A stretch of DNA of 64,000 nucleotides from Eledone cirrhosa (taxonomy: Eukaryota): assembly GCA_964016885.1 (NCBI GenBank), contig OZ024742.1:38006001-38070000 (forward strand), in the 5' to 3' direction. Positions 26,158-37,661 of this stretch are shown piece after piece (within the stretch, counting starts at the first letter, position 1; each line of letters opens with the position of its first letter). Below the pieces are notes generated by a model. The model was given only the letters and a program-made list of their open reading frames with translations. It did no database searches and was not told the DNA's origin. The translations under genes and the position numbers were made by a program.

Positions 26158-29100
26158 GTACATACACAGTCACACATGCATATATACACACACAGATATA
26201 CACATTTTCCATCAACTACTTTTACTCACAAGGTATTCATCAATTGCAAAGTGAACTTAATAGCTAGATGCATCTGGAAAATCTTATGATTATCAAAATT
26301 AAAATTGTAGGACTAAATAAATTTGCTCTATACAATTAAAACTAAAATCAGTATAAAATAGTTGTCAGTACATACTATGCTATTAATAGGACTTTTACTT
26401 AGAAGAAAAATGTATGAAACTATTTTCTAACTCTCTGCCATATCAATGTAAGTTCAATATAGTTGTAATCAATAATTAAGTCTTTCTTCACATACAATTT
26501 TACTTGAGATTTATCCATACATGCTCACCTACTTATGTCACCAAACATAGTAGAGGTAAGTCTTTTTAATGGATTTTGAATCTTGTTACAAACCAAGGAA
26601 TTGAATTTTAAATAAAGAAAAATATAAGGGAACAACTGATAGTTTTCTTTTCAAATATGAAACCTAACAGTATATTTTAGAAAAAAAGGTATTTGGTTTT
26701 TATTTGTTTTTTTATTTAACCCATTCATTACCACATTTCTACTGAAAGGCACTACCTATAATTTTCGAATAATTTTGAAAATAATCAAGAATTTGAAGAG
26801 ACTTGTTAATATAATTAACTTTCCTGTTAAGCTGGTGTTTAGAACATAACATAAGAAAAGTTCTTGCATAGAATTGATGGAAATGATGGAAGCTTTTTAG
26901 ATAAACATAGGCATGGTTTCAGGCAGTTTGGTATCAAAAGGGTAGATTAAGGAAAAATATAAATAAAGCAACTCTTAGCTGTCCTTTCAAACACAAAACC
27001 TAAGTTTTTTTTCTTTTTACCCTATTATTTAATTTGAGTTTTTAAATTATTCCTATAAATAAATCTTTAATTTTAAAGTGTTCATATTCAAATTCAAACC
27101 TCTTTTCATACCAAATTGCCTGAAACTGTCCTAATACAAAACTATTTGCTTAAGGTGTTCATATTTATATAACAACTTCCATTATAATTTTATGTATGAA
27201 CCTTTATGTTTCAAACACCAGCTTTATAATGTAAAAGTTAGTTATGTTACTAAATCCCTTAACATTCTTGATTATTTTCAGATTATTTGAAAATTATAGG
27301 CAGTGTACTTCATTAAAAATATGATAATGAAAAGGTTAATGAACAAAAGTGTCAAAATAAAACTGTAAAGCAGTATTAAATTAAACTAAGAACCTATGTT
27401 TCTAATGGATTGAAAGCTAGAAATTATGCTTCCTAGTTTAAATCCAGCCTGGTACCAAATACACATCCAGAAATAATACACCGATAACAATCAAAGCTCA
27501 AACTTATTAAAATGAAATGTAGTTGTAAATCATCATCATCATCATCATTTTACATTTGCTTTTCCCTGTTGACATGAGTTGGACAAGTCATTACAGACCA
27601 ATTCAGTACTTTTCGGAGCTACTTCCTTGCTCAATACATCAACATTTTGTCATAGTTCCTACAGCTAGATGTCCTTCATAATGCTAACCAATTTACAGAG
27701 CGTACTGAAAACATTTTATCATGGCAGTAGTACTAAGATAGGTTGTCATGTCTTTGATATGTCTGAAAAGTTCATGGTTTCTTTGGTTTGATGCTCTTTC
27801 TAAAGCCAACCACTTTACAGAGTGCACTGGGTGCATTTTAATAGCACTAGATAAGTTGTCATTTCTTTGACATGATTGAAAAACCCTTCTCTTCCCTTTT
27901 TTTGGCATAGTTTCTAGAGCTGGATTCTCTTCCTAACATTAACTCCCACTTTACAGGGTGTAATGGGTGCATTCTATTGTGGCACCAACATGAGAAAGAT
28001 TATCATATTTTTAATGTGGCTGAAGAATCCTCTCTACCTTTACTTTGCATGGTTTCTACAGCTGGATACTTTTCCTAATATTAACTACTTTACAAATTAG
28101 GTTAATTTTCCAAAAACTTATTTTATTAACAACTCATATCAGACATTTAGCCATTTCAATAAATATTTGGTCTTGTGCCAGTGTGTAGTATCAGTTATAT
28201 CAAAGAGAACATTGGTTTTTAATAGTTTGGGGGTTATTGCGGTTTGAAACAGAAAAGCTGGTAATCCAAGTGGGACTAGAAAATTTGTAAGAGCTTTAAT
28301 ATTGTTAATGCCCACGTGTTTAAATATATTTTGAAAATAATTTCTTTTTTTAATTGGAAGTATTTAGCAAACTAAGCAATCTTCTCATTAATAAGTTGTT
28401 GTTTGTAACATCATCATCAGCATCATCATTTATGTCTGTTTTCCCTGCTAATACAGGTTGAACAGGTCGTCACAAATTGAGTTAGTACTCAAGCAAAGCC
28501 ACAAGCCTCTCAGATGAGCTGGGTGCCTGCATCCTATTTACATACATTCCATAACTTAATAAAAATTTCTATGTTTGAATTTGAATATGAACACTTTAAA
28601 ATTAGAGATTTCATATTATAAAACCAGGGGCAGGTTGATATACCGATAGTAAATTAATGCCAAGTTTTGCAAAACATCACATCAGTGATTGTTGAAATAA
28701 TGCTCATTAGTTTTTGAGCTTTCATTACTGAGTTCTGTGTTGTATACAATACAATGATCATTGATATACATATAATAATTGTGTCTTATACATGTACCAG
28801 GTGGTGATGTTATTTAGTGTTAAAAAAAAAAAGAAACAAGAAAAGTAAGGAGTCAATCATCAGATTGGACCAAGGAAACAATGATTCCATTGGTTTTTCC
28901 ATTGCTGATATCATCTATTTCTGGCAGGAGGCAGGATTTGAACACAGAACATAAGATACTGCAAAGCTTCCTATTCAACTCTTTAATAATTCCTCCAATC
29001 TACTACCACTGCACAAGTATTTTATCTATCGACCCCAAAAGGATGAAAAGCAAATTGACTTTGGTGAGATTTGAACTCAGAACAGAGAGAGCCAGAACAA

Positions 29101-30289
29101 ATATCAAGGCAATTAATCTAACATACTAATAACTCTGCTAATGTGTCACCTATTTAGTTTAAAATGCAGACTAAAGTATTTGAACCAGCAACCTTATGAA
29201 GTAATATTCAAAATATAATTTGATAAATAGCTTAGTTTTCTCACTAAACATGAAACAATTTTCAATTAATAAAAAATCTGGCTAAAATAAATTTGAAAAA
29301 TAACATCTGTTTAACTGGCAGGCTAATAATAACAAGATTAAAGAATATCTGAGTTTAAAGTTTGGCCTTTATCACAAAGGTCATGTATCCTTATGTATGG
29401 TTGACTTAACTTGTTCCTCCTCTAGCGATCAAAACTGATGCTTCTTGCAAATAATCAGTTTTGGTGCACTCTTGATAAAATACATGTGTAAGTTAGAGAT
29501 AGTGGGTGGATGCATGTAACAGTATGTATGCATGTATATGAGTATATATGAGTGTGTAGATATGTATATGTATGAAAATATATATGTATATGCATAGGTG
29601 TGCTTGTGTGTGTGTGTAATAGGGAGTGCAAGGATGTATATTTGTGTACAAATGAGAATGATAATATACAAGAATATAAGAAAGTGTTTATGGGAAAGCA
29701 GGAACATTCCGAAAACATGCACATGCACACGTACGCTCACACCTGCATGCCTATGAACGCATGCACACACACAAATGCATAGATGAATGCCAATCAAGAC
29801 GTGTGTGAGTCAGCCAATCAAGCCTCTGAGAAGTGTTACCATTGAAAACAAGATAAGAATAAGAGTATTAGTTATCAAAATAGGAAACTGAGAAACTGAA
29901 TTTTTTTAAATAGCAAATAAAAAATATAAAGTAAAAGTTAACTCTGAATTCTTTTAAGAATTAAATCTGTAAGAGGAGCATTATTCACAGTTCAATGGGT
30001 TTTTATGGATAAAAATGTTGGCTGGATGAATTAATATGAAGTGTAACTAATAGGAAACTATATAAGGAAGTTAACCGACTTTTTCTATGGATCACAGAAT
30101 GACACAAATTCACCATCAAAGGTTTACCACCTTAACCCTTTCATTGTTACATTTCTAATAAAAGACACTGCTTATGATTTTCAAATAATTTTGAAAGTAA
30201 TTAAGAATTTGGAAAGGTTTAATAATATCACTTTCTCATTATTAACATAACTTAAAGTTTCTTACATAAAATTATGATGGAAGGGTTTT

Positions 30290-31395
30290 AGATCACCTTC
30301 TGTCGAGTTAAGTAATACCATGTCGTCTGTTAATTCCAGCGGACTGATTTTACACCTGCCAGTCATGATACCACTTCCAATCCGGCTGTGTATGTCAATT
30401 CTGTTCATGAAAATGATGAACAGGAGAGATGAGAGTAAGCACCTTTGGTGGAGTCCGACTCCCACATTGAATGGTTTTGATTTAGCACTAAATATCTGAA
30501 CACAAATACTTGGGCATTTGTATAGAGACTTTAGGGTAGCAACAAGCTGACCGTCAATCCCATACTCTTGCAGAACCTTCCACAGCAGGTCCTGAGGAAC
30601 GTGGTCATATGCCTATTTGAGGTCTACAAAAAAAGATTATACCTCTTGGCAATACTCCCACAATTTCTCAAAGACCTGCCGCAGTGTGAATATTTGGTTG
30701 GCTGTGTTGCGTCCAGGACAGAAAGTGATCTCTGATTTGCACTTGATAGGTTTGATGCCGAGTGCTGCATGGCTGGAATGAAAATCAGTACTACAAAAAC
30801 TGAGACACTCGTCCTCTCACAGAAGCCTGTACAGTGCATGCTTCATGTGAATGGAGTTCCAATGAAGCAGGTAGAGAAGTTCAAGTATCTCAGGGCCATG
30901 TTCACAAGTGATGGAAAGGAGGAGGCACAAAATTGCAAAAGCCAAACAAGTGTACAAGCCAAACTCACTATCTTCAATTTGGTATCAGTGCCAACCCTTA
31001 CCTATGGTCATGAATTTGGGGTAATGACCAAAAGAATACGATCGCAAATACAAACGGCCAAAATGAGGTTCCTCTAAAGGGTCTTTGGAGTAACGTTACT
31101 CGATAGAGTGTGTAGCTCGGAGATCAGAGAGTTATTCCAAGTATAGCTGCTATTTTTCCGAATTGAGAGATCTCAGCTCCGATACTATGGGCATGTGATT
31201 AGAATATTTTAGGAAAGAATCACTGAACATATTTTCCGACAAAACCAATCAGCAGGAGACCCAGAGGGAAGACCCCCGAGTAAGATGGTTGAATAACATC
31301 CATGAGTTTGGCTGGTCTCACTTGGGGATCCAGCTGGATTAGTTGACAGGATCCGCTTGAAGGAGTGTTTGAGGACTCTGCCCTCATCACCCAAA
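30290..31395. mobile_element. Decayed RTE-type LINE (second family) with inverted 5' segment
   Basis: 30290-30720 encodes RT motifs on minus (FCPGR, DLKxAYDHVP, GLHQRCLLSSLLF, DDMVLL). 30718-31395 continues on plus (MKISTTKTE, VEKFKYL, PTLTYGHE, MRFL). Confidence 0.88.
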
Positions 31396-31636
31396 GAGGG
31401 TTACAAAATGAAAATTATTACTACTGTTTATTCTATTTATTTATGAGAATATTCTTTGTCAAAAACTTCTTTTTAATGATATTAACTATTAACATGTAAG
31501 TAAATAATTTAAAAAATTACTTATTACATTCCAAAACAAAAAAATAAAAAAAGAGCATTTATCTTAGTATACTGCAAAATAGTAGTGCTGGTGCCAAAAT
31601 AAAATGCATCCAGGTCACGCCATAAAGTGGTAGTAT

Positions 31637-32034
31637 ACCCACAAAGTTAGTAGCCATCTCGCCAACAACAACCCTGAGCACCTTTTTGATCTCCATGTGT
31701 TTAACACACGTGGACATGCCTACAAAGTCAGAGAACAGCACAGCTCCCATGACTTTTGGAAACATTTTTTCACGCTTAGAGTTGCTGAAGCATGGAACAA
31801 ACTGCCTGCGTCAGTTGTTAGCTGCTGAGACACTGCATCCTTTAAAACCCTTATGCTTCCCGAAATTCGCCAAAACTACACCTGATGCCCCCCTTCCGTA
31901 CACATGCACACGTGTATATCATGCACTGTTCATTTTCCTGACATTTGTACATTACCCTATGTACTATACATACACTTTTGATGAGTTGTAGTGCACCTGA
32001 GCACTGTACACAATATTTTCATTATTATTATTAT
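31637..32034 (+). mobile_element. CR1 LINE 3' fragment nested in an RTE-tail repeat
   Basis: Homologous to 15290-15683. Flanks 31575-31636 and 32035-32225 carry the cacccag/aaagtgg RTE-UTR unit. Confidence 0.9.
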
Positions 32035-33941
32035 ATGATAAAATACACCCAGTAAAGTAGTAGTATTGATGCTATGATAACAATCACCCAGTGCACTCTG
32101 TAATGTACACTCTGCCAAAAATGGAATATATAAGCAAGATGTGGTTCTCCACTTCATCTAGTCTTGAACTGTAGTAACCCCTTCCAACCAATGCCAAAAT
32201 GAGAAACATATATATGATGATGATAGCAATGATGTACTTAGAAAAGCAAAAACGTCAGAAATTATTAGAACAAATTATTGGAGCTAATTCTAATACTGAC
32301 TTTGAATATCGATACACGGAAACATTATTTATTTACACACACACGTATATTTGAATGGGAGAGGATGCACTTGATTAAATTGTTCTCTTAGCTGTTATTT
32401 ATTTTATCAGCTCTAGAAAGGTGAAAGGATAAGCTGACCCAATTGGAATTTTAAAGTCAAGAAAGAACATAAACTAATGCAATTAAATATTGCAAGGCAT
32501 TTTTTCAATGCTCTGCATTTTGTGCCAAACCACAATTCTGGTTAACTATATTGAGGGCTATATGACAACATTACCTTCCTCACCCTCCCCATCCCCACCC
32601 CTAATATATCTATTTAAATGTACAAAATGTTTTGCCCAAATCACAGAAATAGGGAGAATTATTGAGATGAACAAGTCAAGAGCAAATAAATAAGGTGAAT
32701 AAAAGAGAGAAGAGAGAATGAAACAAAAGTGAGAAGATAATGACAAAGTAAAAAGAAAGAGAATGGGAGAGAAGAGCAAGAGCAACCTAGATTCAAATAT
32801 AAGATTGAGATTAAAGTTCTTAAGTTGATTTATTACTGAACCAACAGTTCAACATTTTTCACTGTCATGCAATTAATGAAGAACACTGGTCCTGGCTTAA
32901 TGCAGAGTTCAATATCTTAAGTTACTGTAACCTGAGCAAGCCTTATTTATTATTCAGTAAAAATATGGCTGTATGTCTGAATTATATTAGATATAGATAA
33001 TTATCACTCAGATAGTATATGAAGTAGAAATATGTGTGTGACAGTGAGTCAGCTGGTAAATGTCAGTGGAAGAGCTGGTTCCAAAGTTATAGATACAAAC
33101 AACTGCTGGAAATCCTCTTTACTGTAGCTACAGTGTACAGTTTCCACAGAATTTGAACTTGATGCCCTAAGTCAACAAGGCTAGTACTATTAACTTGAAA
33201 GGGATTTCCTTCCTAGGAATATGACATATGTCCATAAAGGTCAAATAATAAGTAACTCCTTTAACTTGTTTTTTCAATTAAGAACTTCACTTAGCATAAA
33301 ATGATATTTAGTAGTCATTTAGTTAAAAAAAAAAAATAGTGACCCTCATATACATTTTTGGCTTCTATAAAGACTGCTAGTTTTATTATTACCCAAATTG
33401 GACTGATTAATTTGATAGAAGGAAATAGAGAGAAGTGACAAGCACTCTATGGTATATTTATTTCATTATCATATTTCTAATGAAAGAAATTTGCAATTCA
33501 TTTTGAAAATATTAAAGAATTTGGAAAAATTTAGTGAAACAGCTAACTTTCTCATTATTAAAGTAGAGTCTGGTATATTTCTTTTCACAGAATTATGATA
33601 GAAAGGTTTTAGATTAATATAAACATTTTAAAACAAAGTTTTGTATCATTGAAAAAGGGCAGTTTCAAACAGTTTGGTATCAAAAGAGATGATCAGTAAT
33701 CTAGTTGCTCAGAATAAAATAGATATAAGGTTCAAGTCTCATAGGAGAACCTGTACGTTTTCTGTCCTGTTTTAGTAAGCTAATGCTTATAATATTTTAT
33801 TAAGGTTAACTTTGCCTTTCATCCTTACGGGGTCAATTAAATAAAGTACCAGTAATGCACTGGGTAATTGCTGGCCCTGTGCCAAAAGTAGAAACAATTA
33901 TATATATATGTATATATATATGTGTATATATATATATATAT

Positions 33942-34246
33942 ATCATCATCATCATCATTTTACGTCCGCTTTTCCCTGCTTGCAAGGGTGGGACAGGAAC
34001 TGATTCTGGCTTGATTTCTACAGCTGAATGCCCTTCCCAACACCAACCTCATTTACAGTGAGTGATCGGTGCTTTTTTTCTGTGGCGCCTACACGTCCAC
34101 TTTACAGTGTGGGCTGGGTACTTTTTTGCTGTGGCACCTCCACAACCACTTTGCAGTGGAATGATAGGGACCCCATCCCTATCATCTCATTTCTACAGCT
34201 GAGTAAACTGGAGCAATGTGAAATAAAGTGTCTTGTTCAAGGAAAC
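33942..34246 (-). mobile_element. Same SINE family, 5'-truncated
   Basis: Tail and central domain match 46505-46805; flanked by (TA)n. Confidence 0.85.
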
Positions 34247-34286
34247 AATATATATATATAATAATTATTATAATATATATATATAC

Positions 34287-34579
34287 CACAGAAATAAAGA
34301 GAATCAGTGTTGCGACGAATGGAATTTATTGGACATATTACAATCGTTTCTCTGGCGACCAGCTCGAGGCACGATCGATGTGATGATCGGACCTGACTCT
34401 GAAAATCACCATTAGGAAAATCTGCTTCGTAGAATCAAGACGTATCTGACGACCTTGCAATTTTCAGAGTCAGGTTCGATCATCACATTGATAGTGCCTC
34501 GAGCTGGTCACCAGAGGAATTATTCTAATATGTCCTATAAATTCCATTCGTCGCAAAACTGATTCTCTTTTTTTCTGTG
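34287..34579. repeat. Long imperfect palindrome (120-bp arms, 53-nt spacer)
   Basis: 34287-34406 is the reverse complement of 34460-34579 with about 11 mismatches by manual count and no indels. Confidence 0.95.
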
Positions 34580-34846
34580 ATATCATACTTTGCTCTATGA
34601 GAGCATCGAGTGCTCAAACGGCCTACCTGCATACGGACGCTTTAAGCATCCAACACCAATTATATATATATATATATATATAATAAGATATTATAAGCAT
34701 TAGCTTACTAAAACAGGACAGAAAACGTACAGGTTCTCCTATACTTGAAGGCGGCCGACCGAACTAGAAACTGCTAAATGTGTGGCCGCCTTCTTGTCTC
34801 TCTGCCTTTTCAGCCCCATGGATTATATTCCTTTGTTAAATTTCAA

Positions 34847-34904
34847 ATACCTGATGATGTCACCGGATTCATACGGAACTCGGTCATTGAAATGTTCATA
34901 GTAT
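34847..34904 (+). ncRNA. Degenerate type I hammerhead-ribozyme-like motif
   Basis: ATAC-CTGATGA-(tgtcaccg...cggtcatt)-GAAA-TG-tt-CATA^-GTAT. Core boxes, 4-bp stem I and minimal stem III are present; the stem II closing pair is mismatched. Confidence 0.45.
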
Positions 34905-35110
34905 AATAAATCTTTAAGGAATTACACCAGTCCAGCCTCCTGTTATTTTATAATAATTAACTCCGTACTCGCACCACCAACTACAACACAAACAAAAACG
35001 GGTGAGTTGCATTACGTCGAGTGCTCTCCCTAATATTACATCAAGGTTTACCATACGGAATGACCAGTTCTATCCAGTGGTGAACCAACAAACCTAAATG
35101 AATATATATA

Positions 35111-37641
35111 TATTTAAAGATATTTTACTCAATGCCTACGACAGTAAAGAAGAACAGATACATACATTTAATGTAGAAGAGAACTGGGAGTTCCTAAAAA
35201 ATAATTTACTAGAGGCGACGGATGAGGTCTGTGCCTGGAGTAAAACCTCAAGCAGGAGGAGAGTGACTTGGTGGTGGAACAATAAGGTAGATGAAGCAGT
35301 TAAGGCCAAGAGACAGGCATGGAAAGAATGGAAGAACGGGGGGAGCAGGGTACATTACATCATTACATAGAGACCAAGAGGGAAGCTAGGCGACAAGTAT
35401 ACTTAGCTAGGAGGGAAGCAGAGGATAGAAAATTCAAGCATGTTTTACAACGTGAGGACCAGAAACAGGAGGTATTCAAGATTGCGAGGCAGTGTGTCAG
35501 AGATAGTTGTGATGTCATTGGAGAGAAGTGTATCCGGAATGATAAAGGTGAGCTTGCCCTCACAAGTGCTGAGAAGAAAGATGCATGGAAGAGTCATTAT
35601 GATAGATTACTAAATGAGGAGAATGCATGGGAAGAAGAGACCCTACCCCAAGTAGACCCTATAGAGGGACCAGCAGTACAAGTCAGCAGCAGCGTAGTAA
35701 GTAAGGCAATCAAAGATATGAAGATGGGGAAGGCAACCGGTCCATCGGGTATAGCTGCCAAGATGCTGAAGGCATATGGGTCTGTAGGTCACACTATAAC
35801 CACACGTATCGTTAACCAGGTAATACTAAAAGGGGCCATACCAAAAGATTGGTGCAGTAGCATCATTGTCAACTGCTACAAAGGTAAAGGTGATGCACTA
35901 GATAGAGGAAACTATAGAGGTATAAAGTTGATGGACCAGGTCATGAAAGTAACAGAAAGAGTTATAGCACAGCTGATTAGGGACCGGGTGAAAATAGACG
36001 AGATGCAATTTGGGTTTGTACCAGGAAGAGGCACCACTGATGCCCTCTTCCTTGTGAGGCAATTACAGGAAAAGTACCTAGCTAAAAGTAAGGCACTCTA
36101 CTTGGCATTTGTCGACCTTGAGAAAGCCTTTGACAGAGTTCCACGTGCTGTAATCTGGTGGGCTCTTAGAAAACTAGGAGTAGATGAATGGCTTGTGAAA
36201 GCGGTACAAGCCATGTATAGGGGAGCAGTCAGCAAAGTTGGGATTAGCAATGAGTATAGCGAGGAATTTAGCGTACAGGTTGGGGTCTACCAGGGCTCTG
36301 TTCTTAGCCCTCTCCTGTTCATCATAGTCCTGCAGGCAATAACGGAGGAGTTTAAGACCGGATGCCCATGGGAACTCCTGTATGCTGATGACCTCGCACT
36401 CATAGCTGAATCTATGGTAGAACTAGAGAATAAATTCCAAACCTGGAAGCAGGGACTAGAAAGAAAGGGTCTTAAAGTCAACCTGACAAAGACTAAGGTC
36501 CTTGTAAGTAGACGAGAAAACAGAACCCAGATCCCCTCAGGGAAATGGCCTTGCTCAGTATGTAGGAAAGGTGTAGGTAGGAACTCCATTCTCTGCTCCA
36601 AATGCAAACAATGGGTACACAAGAGATGTAGCGGGATCTCAGGAAGCTTAATTAAGAATGTAGGATTCACATGCAGCAGCTGTGCTGAGACAGCAAGCAG
36701 CAAACAGCCACAGGAAACAAGTACCACCAATCTCTGGGAGGGCCCTGTAGAAACAGTAGACAGATTCTGCTACCTAGGTGACCGAATTAGCAACAGAGGT
36801 GGGTGTTCAGAAAGTACAATAACTAGGGTAAGAACGGGATGGAAGAAGTTTAGGGAACTACTACCACTGCTAGCTACAAAAGGCTTCTCCCTCAGAATGA
36901 AAGGCAGACTGTATGATGTGTGTATCCGAACAGCGATGTTGCATGGTAGTGAGATCTGGGCGCTGAAGGTGGAAGACTTACGTAGATTAGAGAGAAACGA
37001 AGCCTGCATGCTCCGATGGATGTGTAACAGTAATATACGTGAACGACAAAGCATAAATGAATTGAGAGAGAGACTGAGCATAAGAGGAATCAAATGCTGT
37101 GTGCAGGAGAGGCGGTTGCGCTGGTATGGACATGTGATGTGTATGAAGGATGACAGCTGCATAAAAAGGTGCAGAGCACTAGAAGTTGATGGAAACCGCG
37201 GAGTGGGGAGACCCAAGATGACCTGGGATGAGGTGATAAAAGCCGACCTTACCCAATTACACCTCTCAAAGACAATGACACACAACCGTGACTTCTGGCG
37301 TCACGCAGTAATACAGAGTACCCGACCTCCCATGGGTACAAGCTGAAGCATATAGACAATATGCCCCCACACCCCCCACCGCAAGGTGGTCGTGGAGGTG
37401 CCACGGCAAAAAAGCACCCAGCCCACACTGTAAAGTGGACGTGTAGGCGCCACAAAAAAGCACCCAGCACTCACTGTAAATGAGGTTGGTGTTAGGAAGG
37501 GCATCCAGCTGTAGAAATCAAGCCAGATCAGTTCCTGTATGAGCAAGGCATGGTCAGCCGACCAGACACTGCCCACAACAGGACAACCCGTCTAACCCAT
37601 GCTAGCGTGGAAGAACGGACGTAAAACGGTGATGATGATGA
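35111..37641 (+). mobile_element. RTE-clade LINE, 5'-truncated (no APE domain), with 3' UTR and (GAT)n tail
   Basis: Motifs TWWWN, NYRGIKL, QFGFVPGRGTTDA, DLEKAFDRVP, QGSVLSPLLF, LLYADDL, RLRWYGHV, GRPKMTW. Bounded by (TA)n at both ends. Confidence 0.95.
35319..37346 (+). CDS. RTE reverse transcriptase ORF (675 aa open stretch) with inserted PHD-like zinc finger
   Basis: Open from about 35361 to TGA 37346; YADD at 36381-36392; C4HC3 pattern 36546-36683. The N-terminal 13 or so residues are out of frame; the true upstream part is ORF 35098-35370. Confidence 0.88.
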   Translation: MERMEERGEQGTLHHYIETKREARRQVYLARREAEDRKFKHVLQREDQKQEVFKIARQCVRDSCDVIGEKCIRNDKGELALTSAEKKDAWKSHYDRLLNEENAWEEETLPQVDPIEGPAVQVSSSVVSKAIKDMKMGKATGPSGIAAKMLKAYGSVGHTITTRIVNQVILKGAIPKDWCSSIIVNCYKGKGDALDRGNYRGIKLMDQVMKVTERVIAQLIRDRVKIDEMQFGFVPGRGTTDALFLVRQLQEKYLAKSKALYLAFVDLEKAFDRVPRAVIWWALRKLGVDEWLVKAVQAMYRGAVSKVGISNEYSEEFSVQVGVYQGSVLSPLLFIIVLQAITEEFKTGCPWELLYADDLALIAESMVELENKFQTWKQGLERKGLKVNLTKTKVLVSRRENRTQIPSGKWPCSVCRKGVGRNSILCSKCKQWVHKRCSGISGSLIKNVGFTCSSCAETASSKQPQETSTTNLWEGPVETVDRFCYLGDRISNRGGCSESTITRVRTGWKKFRELLPLLATKGFSLRMKGRLYDVCIRTAMLHGSEIWALKVEDLRRLERNEACMLRWMCNSNIRERQSINELRERLSIRGIKCCVQERRLRWYGHVMCMKDDSCIKRCRALEVDGNRGVGRPKMTWDEVIKADLTQLHLSKTMTHNRDFWRHAVIQSTRPPMGTS

Positions 37642-37661
37642 TGATATATATATATATATAT

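Larger units (their letters stand above)
33730..34748. repeat. About 70-bp inverted repeat pair (33730-33802 / 34681-34748) enclosing nested insertions
   Basis: ataggagaacctgtacgttttctgtcctgttttagtaagctaatgcttataatat is near-perfectly complementary to atattataagcattagcttactaaaacaggacagaaaacgtacaggttctcctat. Confidence 0.9.
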
